A stretch of DNA of 64,000 nt. It comes from Alphaproteobacteria bacterium (GTDB lineage Bacteria; Pseudomonadota; Alphaproteobacteria; GCA-2731375). The position numbers and the translations under genes were made by a program. The stretch is from positions 7,072,001-7,136,000 of the forward strand of contig CBDDPY010000002.1 in assembly GCA_965232515.1 (NCBI GenBank), read 5' to 3'. Shown here piece after piece: positions 10,401-22,400 of this stretch (positions are counted from its first letter, which is position 1; every line of letters starts with the position of its first letter). A model generated the notes under the pieces. The model did no database searches, was not told where the DNA came from, and worked only from the letters and a program-made list of their open reading frames with translations.

Positions 10401-13400
10401 GTCGGTGAAGCTCGAGCCGCTGCCCGACACAAACACCGTGCCGATGCCGCCCGCGTTTCGCCCGATGCTGACATCGGTGTTGGCGAAGGTCGCGGAACCG
10501 CCCGCCAGCACGGAAAGCAGGCCGTCGCCCGAAGCGCCGATCGAGGTTAGCGTGCCGCCAGTGTAGTTGAAGCTGGACCCGGCGCCGGTGACGGTGAGCG
10601 AACCGGTACCGTTGAAGCTCTGACCGATGGCGAACTGGTCGGACATCACCGTCACCGTGGCGCCCTGCGACACGGTCACGTTTCCGACGCCGGCATCGGC
10701 GACAGTGAATTCAAAGCCACTGCCATGCGTCAGCGACGATCCGCCGCCGGAAACCGTAACGGCGCCGACACCGCTGAAATCGCCGCCGATGCGGATATCG
10801 GTGTTGGCGAATGTGGCCGTGGCGCCGTTAAGCACCTCCAGCGTGCCGTCACCCGAAAAGCCGATGTCCGCCACACCGTTGCCGCCGGTCACGTCGAGGC
10901 TGGAGCCGGCATCCGTCACCGTGACGGCACCGTCGCCATTGCTGCTCAGGCCAAGAGTGAACTGATCGGTGACGAATGTTGCGCTGGCCGACTGTGAAAC
11001 ATCGAGCGTGCCGACGCCGGACACGCCGATATTGGCGAATGTGAAGCCGCTGCCGCCGGTGACCATCAGACTAGAGTTGAGGCCGGTGACGACGACCGCG
11101 CCATCGGTAACGTGCCCGCTGTTCTCGGTGCCGGCGACCGTGAGGCCGCCGCTGTCGGTGGTGAAGTTGAACTGGCCGCCGGACTCGATCCGGAGCGTGC
11201 CGAGTGTGCTGCCGACGGAACCATCAAAGTTGCCGGCGGCCACCGTGACTGAGCCATCGACGGTGTTGCCGCGGAATTCGCCGCCGTTGCGCACGACCAT
11301 GGTGCCGTTGCCGACGCGGCCGATCTGGATGAAGGTGCCGAACTCGTCGATGTCGCGGTCCGGTACGTTGACGTCCTCGATCTCGATGATCGATCCGGCG
11401 CCGTCGATGATGACGGTTCCGTCGCTATCCAGGTTGCGGCCAAGCTGCAAGCCCGAGCCGACGGTGTCGGTGTTGGTCGTCTGGCCCGGACCGATGAACA
11501 GCCGTGCGCCGTTTTCGACATTAAGGGTGCCGAAACTGTTGGCCTCGCGGCCGACGCGGACGAAACCGGCCTCGAAGTCGAAGTCGCCGCTGAAGCGGCC
11601 GGTGTCGTTCGTCACGTTGACCACGGTCGTGGGACCGGTGATTGTCGCCGTGCCGTCGCTGCCAGTATCCCGCCCAACCTCCAGGAAGAGCGTTTGGATC
11701 GTGGCGCCGTCCTGCACGGTCAGCGTACCGGTGCCGAACTGACCGATGCGTACCGTATTGTCGACGCCCTGGGTGACGACGCTGCTGCCGGTGCCGGTCA
11801 CCGTGATCGTGCCGTTGCCGCCGGCGTCGTCGCCGGCTTCCAGGGATGCCGCCGTGACCTGGCCGCCATTGCTGACGGTCAGCGTTCCGGTGCCTTCGTT
11901 ACCGACATCGATGCCGAAGCCCTCGACGGTCAGCGTGGCGCCGCCGCCGGTCCCATCCACGGTCACGGCGCCGGTGCCGTTCGGCAGGCTACCGACATGC
12001 ATCACGCTGTCATCGTCGGTTACCGTGAACGTGCCGCCCGAGGTGATCAACAGCGTGCTCGGTGTGACGCTGGCGGTCTGGTCGTCGTCGCCGCGGCCGA
12101 CGGCGACGAAGCCGGAGAAGCCGGTCATCGTGAAGCTGCCGCCATTGCGGACTTCCATGGCGCCATCCCCGGCCCGGCCGACGAACAGCAGAGGATCGCC
12201 GTCGAAGCTGTCCTGGATCGTGACCGACGATCCGACGCCGTCGATCACGAAGCTGCCGCTGCTGCCGGTGTTGCGGGCAAGCTGGATCGCCGGGAATTGC
12301 GAGATGTCCTGGCCGGTAATCGTCAGGTCGGCGCCGTTCTGGACGGTGGCGTCGGCGCTGCCATCCACGCCGATGCGCAGATTTCCGTCGAAAAGCCGCC
12401 CGTCGACGCCCCGTATCTGACCCGATAGAGCAATGCTGGAGCCGGCGCCGTCAAGCAGCAGAGTGCCGCTGCCGCCGGCCTCGACGCCGAGGTCGATCGC
12501 CGCCGCCGAGACCGCGCCACCATTGGTGACGTTGAGCGTGCCTTCGCCGGCGCGGCCAACGTCCATACGGTTGTTGGCGCCGGTCAGCGTCAGTTGCGCG
12601 CCCGCGCCGGCGACGTCGACCACGCCGCTGCCGCTCGCCTCCAGGCCGACCTGCACGAGATGCGCCGTCACCGTGCCGCCGGGACCGATGTCGAGCAGGC
12701 CGGTGCCGCGCTGGCCGACGATCAGGGTCTCCTGCAACGTGAAGTTGGCGCCGGCGCCGCTGACCGTCAGCGTGCCGACGGTGCCCGCCTCGAAGCCGAG
12801 CACGGCCGTGGTTTCGGTCTGGGTCTCGCCGGCGCCGAGGACAAGATCGGCATCCGCGCTGTTGCCGACGACCAGCGGCCGGTCGATACGCAGGGCCAGG
12901 TCACCGTCCGGATCGCTGTTGTCGCTAAAGAAATCGTCGTCCGGTGACAGGAACAGGTGGGTGGCGCCGGCCGGTACCGTGAGGACAATCGTCTCGATGA
13001 AGAAGTCTTCCGCGATGTCCGTCGGCAGGTCGCCGTTCGCGGTGTTGTCGGTGACGAAATCGCGTCCGGCATCGCGCGCGTCCGGCACCCGGTTCAGCAG
13101 GTTGTCGGCCAGCAGCGTATCGCTGCTGCTGAACACACCGAGAATGCCTTGGGGCGTCTCGACGCCGTCGTTGTCGTGGTCGTAGAAGCCGAGCCGTTGC
13201 AGGGCGATGATATCGCCGGGCGAGATGCCGAGCGTCGCGAGCGCGATGGCGGTTGCCGGCAGGGCGCCGGCATCGGCGTTGACCCGGAGATAGGTCTCGG
13301 TCGGCACGATCGGTTGCACCGCCGTCGAGGCGCCGCCTGGCACAATGCCGCTGGCATTGACCACGGTCAGCGTCAAATCGCCGGTGCCGGCGTCGAGCAC

Positions 13401-16400
13401 CGCCGCGAGCTCGAGACCATTGCCGAGATCGAGGCCGGTGATGGTATCGAACGTCCCGACCGTGTTCGCGGCGTCGAACACCAGGAAGCTGTCGCCCAGC
13501 GATGGCGTGAAGCCGCCGATCAGCGTGACGTTGAGCGTGCCGGCGAGCGTCGCCGTGCCGGAAATGGTGAGCAGATCGAAGCTGCCGCCGGCGGTCCCGC
13601 CGAGCTCGATGTTGAGCACGCCGGTCGCTGTCTGCGTGTAGTCGCCGATGATGGCGAAGGTGCCCGCCGAGGTGCCGGGGTTCAGCGTGCCGGCGTTGGC
13701 AAAGGTCGTGCCATCGACATCCAAGGTGCCGAAGCCCTGGATGGTGCCGGCCGCGAGGTTGTCGAACGCGCCGCCGTTGACGTCAAGCGTCTGCCCGGCG
13801 TCGACATCGATGGTGCCGCTGTTGCTGAAAGTCGTGCCGGTATTATCGATCGTCAGCCGATGATCGATGTCGATCAGGCCCTGGTTGTCGATCGCGCCCG
13901 TCAGCGCCCGCTCACCGCCGCTCGCCGGACCGCCCGGACCCGATGTTGTCAGGATCGTCCCCGCATTGACTAGCGTGCCCGTGCTGACCGTCAGACCCGT
14001 CAATGCAGCCGGAGAGAAGAAACTGCTCGACTTCGTCAGTTCGATCAGACCATCGTTCGTAAAGCCGCTGGCTACCGTCAGCGTTACCTCGGAATCAGCG
14101 CTCTCTATCCGAACCGTCGCCAGCGCTGCGTTGGTCACCAAACCTGCAAGGTTCGAACTCTGCTCAACTGTCACAAAGCCCTGGTTCACAAATTCAGCAT
14201 TGATTGTGTCGCCGGCCAGCCGGCTGTCGGCGCCAGCATTGATCAACCGGCCCGGACCGTTCACCGTGCCGTTGCTCAGATCCAGCGACACGTCGCTTGT
14301 CAGATCGGCCGTCAGGTCCAGCACATAGCTGTCCAGCGTCAAGGTCCCGCCGCCCAGCAACGCCGTTCCAGTCGCGATCGACACCGTGCCGCCATCGACG
14401 GTCAATGTCCGTCCGGCGGCGATATCGATGGTGCCGCTGTTGTTGATCGTGCCGGTGCCATTCGTAATCGTCAGCGCAGCGTCGACATCGATGGTGCCGC
14501 TGTTGCTGAAAGTCGTGCCGGTATTATCGATCGTCAGCCGATGATCGATGTCGATCAGGCCCTGGTTGTCGATCGCGCCCGTCAGCGCCCGCTCACCGCC
14601 GCTCGCCGGACCGCCCGGACCCGATGTTGTCAGGATCGTCCCCGCATTGACTAGCGTGCCCGTGCTGACCGTCAGACCCGTCAATGCAGCCGGAGAGAAG
14701 AAACTGCTCGACTTCGTCAGTTCGATCAGACCATCGTTCGTAAAGCCGCTGGCTACCGTCAGCGTTGCCTCGGAATCAGCGCTCTCTATCCGAACCGTCG
14801 CCAGCGCCGTATTGATACCGCCACTGACAGAGAGGTCTCCACCCGCGACAACCAACAGATCACTATTCGTCAGGTTGGCGAGGTTCGTAGCGCCCGTATC
14901 GTAGGTCACCGGCCCGGTGCCGGTGGGGATGATCACGTCTTCGCCATCGACTGGCACAACGCCGCTATTCCAGTTCGCCGGCGTGTGCCAGGAGCCGTCG
15001 CCGCTGCCGTTGGTGAAGGTGACGACGCCGGAAGAGACCACCGTCAGGGTCAGGTCGCCGGTGCCGGCGTCGAGCACGGCGTCGAGCAGTAGGCCGCCCC
15101 CGAGGTTCAGGCCGTTGATCGTGTCGAACGTACCGACCGAGTTGGCGGCGTCGAACACGAGGAAGCTGTCGCCGAGCGTCGGTGTGAAGCCGCCGATCAG
15201 GGTCACGTTGAGCGTGCCGGCGAGTGTTGCGGTGCCGGAAATGGTGAGCAGATCAAAGCTGCCGCCGGCAGTGCCGCCGAGCTCGATGTTGAGCACGCCT
15301 GTCGCGGTCTGGGTGTAGTCCCCGACGATGGCGAAGACACCCGCCGAGGTGCCGGGATTCAGCGTGCCCGAACTGGTAAACGTCGTGCCGGCGACATCGA
15401 GCGTGCCGAAGCCCTGGATCACGCCGGCGGTGAGATTGTCGAATGTGCCGCCATTGACGTCGAGCAGGATGCTGGCGGCGATGTCGACCGTGCCGACATT
15501 GGTGAAGGTCGCGTTGTTGTTATCGATGGTCAGATCGGCATCGACGTCGATCAGGCCCTGGTTCGTGACCGAGCCGTCCAGGCTCAGCAGGCCGCCGCCA
15601 CCGCCGCCGTCCAGGCCGCGGATCACGCCGGTCGCGGCATTCACCAGCGTCGCCGTGGTCACGTCGAGCTCGACCGTGCGGCTGTTGGGATGCGTGTTGA
15701 GCAGCTCGATCAGGCCGTCATTGGTGAAGCCATTCTCCACCGTCAGCCGGCTGAGCGCGGTACCGTCGGTCCCGTCGACCCGCAGCACCGCGCCGCTCTC
15801 GTTGCTGAACGCGCCCGCAAACGTGTTGTTCGCCAGCGCCGTCAGCGTGCCCTGGTTCACCAGCTCGGCATTGACCGTGTCGCTCCGTAGCGTCAGACCG
15901 TCGGTCTGGTTGATCAGCCGGCCGGGACCGTTCACCGTGCCGTTGCCCAGGTCCACCACGATGCCGCCGTTGACCAACGTCAGGTCGCTCTGCAGCGTCA
16001 GATCGTAGTTGACCAGGTCGAGCGTGCCGGTGCCCGCCAGCACCGAGGTCGGCGTCAGCACCGTGCTGCCCAGCGACACGGTCAGCGTCTGCCCGGCGGC
16101 GACGTCGACCGTGCCGACATTGGTGAAGGTCGCGTTGTTGTTGTCGATGGTCAGATCGGCATCGACGTCGATCAGACCCTGGTTCGTGACCGAGCCGTCC
16201 AGGCTCAGCAGGCCGCCGCCACCGCCGCCGTCCAGGCCGCGGATCACGCCGGTCGCGGCATTCACCAGCGTCGCCGTGGTCACGTCGAGCTCGACCGTGC
16301 GGCTGTTGGGATGCGTGTTGAGCAGCTCGATCAGGCCGTCATTGGTGAAGCCATTCTCCACCGTCAGCCGGCTGAGCGCGGTGCCGTCGGTCCCGTCGAC

Positions 16401-19400
16401 CCGCAGCACCGCACCGCTCTCGTTGCTGAACACGCCCGCAAACGTGTTGTTCGCCAGCGCCGTCAGCGTGCCCTGGTTCACCAGCTCGGCATTGACCGTG
16501 TCGCTCCGCAGCGTCAGACCGTCGGTCTGATTGATCAGCCGGCCGGAACCGTTCACCGTGCCGTTGCCCAGGTCCAGCACGATGCCGCCGTTGACCAGCG
16601 TCAGGTCGCTCTGCAGTGTGAGGTCGTAGTTGACCAGGTCGAGCGTGCCGGTGCCCGCCAGCACCGAGGTCGGCGTCAGCACCGTGCTGCCGAGCGATAC
16701 GGTCAACGTCTTTCCGGCGGCGACGTCGACCGTGCCGACATTGGTGAAGGTCGCGTTGTTGTTGTCGATGGTCAGGTCGGCATCGACGTCGATCAGACCC
16801 TGGTTCGTGACCGACCCGTCCAGGCTCAGCAGGCCGCCGCCACCGCCGCCGTCCAGACTGCGGATCACGCCGGTCGCACCATTCACCAGCGTCGACGTCG
16901 TCACGTCGAGCTCGACCGTGCGGCTGTTGGGATGTGTGTTGAGCAGCTCGATCAGGCCATCGTTGGTGAAGCCGTTCTCCACCGTCAGCCGGCTGAGCGC
17001 GGTGCCGTCGGTCCCGTCGACCCGCAGCACCGCGCCGCTCTCGTTGCTGAACGCACCCGCAAACGTGTTGCTCGCCAGCGCCGTCAGCGTGCCCTGGTTC
17101 ACCAGCTCGGCATTGACCGTGTCGCTCCGCAGCGTCAGACCGTCGGTCTGGTTGATCAGCCGGCCGGGACCGTTCACCGTGCCGTTGCCCAGGTCCACCA
17201 CGATGCCGCCGTTGACCAGCGTCAGGTCGCTCTGCAGCGTGAGGTCGTAGTTGACCAGGTCGAGCGTGCCGGTGCCCGCCAGCACCGAGGTCGGCGTCAG
17301 CACCGTGCTGCCGAGCGACACGGTCAACGTCTGCCCGGCGGCGACGTCGACCGTGCCGACATTGGTGAAGGTCGCGTTGTTGTTGTCGATGGTCAGGTCG
17401 GCATCGACGTCGATCAAACCCTGGTTTGTGACCGACCCGTCCAGGCTCAGCAGGCCGCCGCCACCGCCGCCGTCCAGGCCGCGGATCACGCCGGTCGCGG
17501 CATTCACCAGCGTCGCCGTGGTCACGTCGAGCTCGACCGTGCGGCTGTTGGGATGTGTGTTGAGCAGCTCGATCAGGCCATCATTGGTGAAGCCGTTCTC
17601 CACCGTCAGCCGGCTGAGCGCGGTGCCGTCGGTCCCGTCGACCCGCAGCACCGCGCCGCTCTCGTTGCTGAACGCACCCGCAAACGTGTTGCTCGCCAGC
17701 GCCGTCAGCGTGCCGGCATTGGAAACAATTGTCGAAATTGTCGAACTGGTAAGGGTAAGCACGGCCGAACCAGCAGCCGCGAGCGTACCGGTGCCGTCGA
17801 TCGATGCGTTGGTCACGCTGCCAGTGCCGACGAGTGTCAGAACGCGGCCGTCGAGGTCCTTGGCGCCGGCACCGCTGATTGTCGCCGCGCCATCCACGAC
17901 GAAATCGCCGGCGCCGGTGAGCGTGCCGGTCGTCCAATCGAAGTTGCCATCGATGGTGGCGTTGCCGCCGCCGCCGTATGTGCCGCCCGATAGTGTCAGG
18001 TTGGCGCCGGCATCGAAGCTGGCCGTGCCGTCGACGTTGAGCGTTCCGGCCGCGACGATCACGCCGTCGCTCGCCGACAACGCGCCAAGATTCGTGACGC
18101 CGGTATCGTAGGTGACCGGGCCGGTCCCCGCCGGGATGATGACGTCGTCGCCGTCGACCGGGACCGTGCCCGTGTCCCAGTTAGCGGCCGTATGCCACGA
18201 GCCATCGCCGCTGCCATTGGTGAAGGTGACGACGCCCGTCGCGACAACCGTCAGCGTCAGGTCGCCGGTGCCGGCGTTCAGGACGGCGTCGAGCAGCAGG
18301 CCGCCGCCCAGCCCCAGTCCGTTGATCGCATCGAACGTGCCGACCGTGCTCGCTGCATCGAAGACCAGGAAACTGTCGCCCAGCGTCGGCGTGAAGCCGC
18401 CGATGATGCTGACGTTCAGGGTGCCGGCGAGCGTCGCCGTACCGCTGATCGTCAGCACATCGAACGTGCCGCCGAGTTCGATATTCAGTACGCCGGTCGC
18501 GGTCTGGGTGTAGTCGCCGACGATGGCGAAAGCGCCGGCGGACGTGCCGGGGTTCAGCGTGCCTGAATTGGTGAAGGTCGCGCTGGCGGCATCGAGGGTG
18601 CCGAAGCCCTGGATGATGCCGCCATCCAGGTTGGTGAATGCGCCGCCGTTGACATCGAGCGTCTGGCCGGCGGCGATGTCGACCGTGCCGGCATTGTCGA
18701 ACGTCGTGCCCGCGATCGAGAAGACCAGATCAGTGTCGACGTCGATCAGGCCCTGATTGTCGATCGTTCCGGTCAGGGTGCGTGGGCCGCCGCCGGTGCC
18801 GGCCAGGACGCTGATCGTCCCGGTGTTGGTCAGCGTGCCAGAATCGACCGTCAGGCTGACCGGCCGCAACACGCCGGACTGCGTGTTGGTCAGCTCGATC
18901 AGGCCGGCGTTGGCGAAGTCGTCGCCGAATGTCAGGCTCGAATTGTTGAATGCCGCATCCAGCCGCAGCGTCGCCAGCGCGTCGTTGCTGCCACCGCTGG
19001 CCAGCGCCGACGTCCCCGCGACCGTCGTCGTGCCCTGGTTCTCGAACGTCGCGGCGATATCCGTGTTGGTCAGGCTGAGGTCGTCGCTGGCATTAATCAA
19101 ACGGCCCGGGCCGTTCACCGTGCTGCTGCGCAGCTCGACCGACAGGCTGGCGGCCGGGACGGTCAGATCCACGGGCAGGGTGAGGGTCACGCTGGCGAAG
19201 TCGAGCTGCCCGTCGCCCGCGAAGTCCGTGCCGGCGGCGAACGTCGCGCTGCCGCCGGTGATCGTCATTGTCTGTCCAGTCGCGACGTCCAGCGTCCCGC
19301 TGTTGCTGAACGCCGCGCCGTTGTTGTTGATCGTCGCGTCGGTGTCGGCGTCGATCAGGCCCTGATTGTCGATCGTTCCGGTCAGGGTGCGTTGACCGCC

Positions 19401-22400
19401 GCCGGTGCCGGCCAGGACGTTGATCGTCCCGGTGTTGGTCAGCGTGCCAGAATCGACCGTCAGGCTGACCGGCCGCAACACGCCGGACTGCGTGTTCGTC
19501 AGCTCGATCAGGCCGGCGTTGGCGAAGTCGTCGCCGAATGTCAGGCTGGCGTTGTTGAACGCTGCGTCCAGCCGCAGCGTCGCCAGCGCATCATTGCTGC
19601 CGCCGCCGGACAGCGCCGACGTCCCCGCGACCGTCGTTGTGCCCTGGTTCTCGAACCCCGCAACGACGTCCGTGTTGATCAGGCTGAGGTCGTCGCTCTC
19701 ATTGATCAGGCGGCCCGGGCCGTTCACCGTGCTGCTGCGCAGTTCGACCGATAGGCTGGCGGCCGGGACGGTCAGATCGACGGGCAGGGCCAGCGTCACG
19801 CTGGCGAAATCGAGCTGCCCGGCGCCCGCGAAGGCCGTGCCGGCGGCGAACGTCGCATTGCCGCCGGTGATCGTCATCGTCTGCCCAGTCGCGACGTCCA
19901 GCGTCCCGCTGTTGCTGAACGCCGCGCCGTTGTTGTTGATCGTCGCGTCGGTGTCGGCGTCGATCAGGCCCTGGTTGTCGATCGTTCCGGTCAGGGTGCG
20001 TTGACCGCCGCCGGTGCCGGCCAGGATGTTGACCGTTCCGGTGTTGGTCAGTGTGCCGGCGTTCACCGACAGGCTGGCCGGCCGCAACACGCCGGATTGG
20101 GTGTTCGTCAGCTCAATCAGGCCGGCATTCGTAAAGTCTTGGCCGAGTGTCAGGCTCGCGTTGTTGAACGCCGCGTCGAGGCGCAGCGTCGCCAGCGCAT
20201 CATTGCTGCCGCCGCCGGACAGCGCCGACGTCCCCGCGACCGTGGCGATGCCCTGATTGGCGAAATCCGGGTTGACGGTCGTGTTGATCAGGCTGAGGCC
20301 GTCGCTGGCATTGATCAGGCGGCCCGGGCCGTTCACCGTGCTGCTGCGCAGTTCGACCGATAGGCTGGCGGCCGGGACGGTCAGATCGACGGGCAGGGCC
20401 AGCGTCACGCTGGCGAAATCGAGCTGCCCGTCGCCCGCGAAGGCCGTGCCGGCAGCGAACGTCGCGCTGCCGCCGGTGATCGTCAGCGTCTGTCCCGTCG
20501 CGACGTCCAGCGTCCCGCTATTGCTGAACGCCGCGCCGTTATTGCTGATCGTCGCGTCGGTGTCGGCGTCGATCAGGCCCTGGTTGTCGATCGTTCCGGT
20601 CAGGGTGCGTTGACCGCCGCCGGTGCCGGCCAGGATGTTGACCGTTCCGGTGTTGGTCAGCGTGCCGGCGTTCACCGACAGGCTGGCCGGCCGCAACACG
20701 CCGGATTGGGTGTTCGTCAGCTCAATCAGGCCGGCATTCGTAAAGTCGTCGCCGAGTGTCAGGCTCGCGTTGTTGAACGCCGCGTCGAGGCGCAGCGTCG
20801 CCAGCGCGTCATTGCTGCCGCCGCCGGACAGCGCCGACGTCCCTGCGATCGTCGCTGCGCCCCGGTTCTCGAACGCCGCGCCGAGCGTTGTGGAGACGAT
20901 CGTCGCCGTGCCTTGATTGTCGACTGTGCCGCTGCCACCGATCGTCGCATTCGAGATATCGGACGTGCCGATGAGCGTCAGGGTCTTGCCGGCAAGCGCC
21001 TTGGTGGCGGCGCCGCTGACGGTCGTTGCGCCGCTGACCGTGAAGCCGCCGGCGCCGGATAGCGTGCCGGCGGTCCAATCGAAGCTGCCGTCGATGTTGA
21101 CGTTGTCGGCGCCGCCGAACGTGCCGCCGGACAGCGTCAGCCCGGCACCGGCGTCGAAGTTCGACACCGCGGCGACGGTGAGCGTGCCGGCTGCGACGAT
21201 CACTTCGTCACCGACGGTCAGGCTGCCCAGATTCGTCGTGCCTGTGTCGTAGGTGACCGGGCCGGTGCCCGCCGGGATGATGACGTCGTCGCCGTCGGCC
21301 GGCACCACGCCGGCGTTCCAGTTGGCCGCCGTGTGCCAGGAGCCGTCGCCGGTGCCATTGGTGAAGGTGACCACGCCGGTGGTCACCACGGTCAGCGTCA
21401 GGTCGCCGGTCGGGGCATCGAGTACGGCGTCAAGCAGCAGGCCGCCGCCGAGGTTCAACCCGTTGATCGTGTCGAATGTACCGACCGTGCCGGCGGCGTC
21501 GAACACCAGGAAACTGTCGCCCGCGATCGGCGTGAAGCCGCCGATCAGCGTGATGTTCAGGGTGCCGGCAAGCGTCGCCGTACCGCTGATGGTAAGCAGA
21601 TCGAAAGTGCCGCCGGCGGTGCCGCCGAGCTCGATATTGAGCACGCCGTCGGCGGTCTGCGTATAGTCGCCGAGGATCGTAAAACCGCCGGCCGACGTGC
21701 CGGGGTTAAGCGCGCCGGCATTGGTGAAGGCGGCGCCTGCCACGTCGAGCGTGCCGAAGCCCTGAATGACGCCGGCGATCGCGTTCGTTACCGTACCGGC
21801 GGCGACGACGACGCTCTGGCCGGCGGCGATATCGATCAGACCGCTGTTGCTGACCGTGCCGCCGTTGTTGGTGATCGTTAGATTGGCGTCGACGTCCAGC
21901 GTGCCGCCGTTCGCAAAGTCGGCGCCGTTGTTGCTGACGACCAGGAACTGGCTGACGACGATAAGGCCCTGGTTGTCGATCGCGCCGATGATTTCGCGCG
22001 TGCCGCCGCTGCTGCCCGTCAGGCTGCGGATAACGCCGGTCGAACTGTTGACGAGCGTGCCGGTGACGATCTGCAGCGTTGCCCCACTGGCACCGGCATT
22101 CTGATTGGTCAACTCGATGACGCCGTCGTTCGTGAAACCAGAGAAGGCCTGCAATTGGGCGTCGAGGGCGTTCAGACCCTGTATCTGCAGCGTCGCCGTC
22201 GTCGTATTCGCGAAGTCGGCACCAAATGCGGTTCCGCCTTGGGCAATAAGACCGGCCTGATTGACGAACGGCACGTTCAGCGTGTCGCCGAACAGCAGGA
22301 AGTCGTCGCGGGCATTGGTCAGGCTGCCGGCGCCGTCCACCGTCACACCGCCCAGGTCAAGAATGACGCTGCCGTTGGTCAGCGTCAGGTCGATGTCGAG

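Noticed and set aside
13800-20860. Diversity-generating retroelement template/variable repeat pair
   Set aside because: No reverse transcriptase; the repeats are in-frame, intragenic and show no evident adenine-specific variation.
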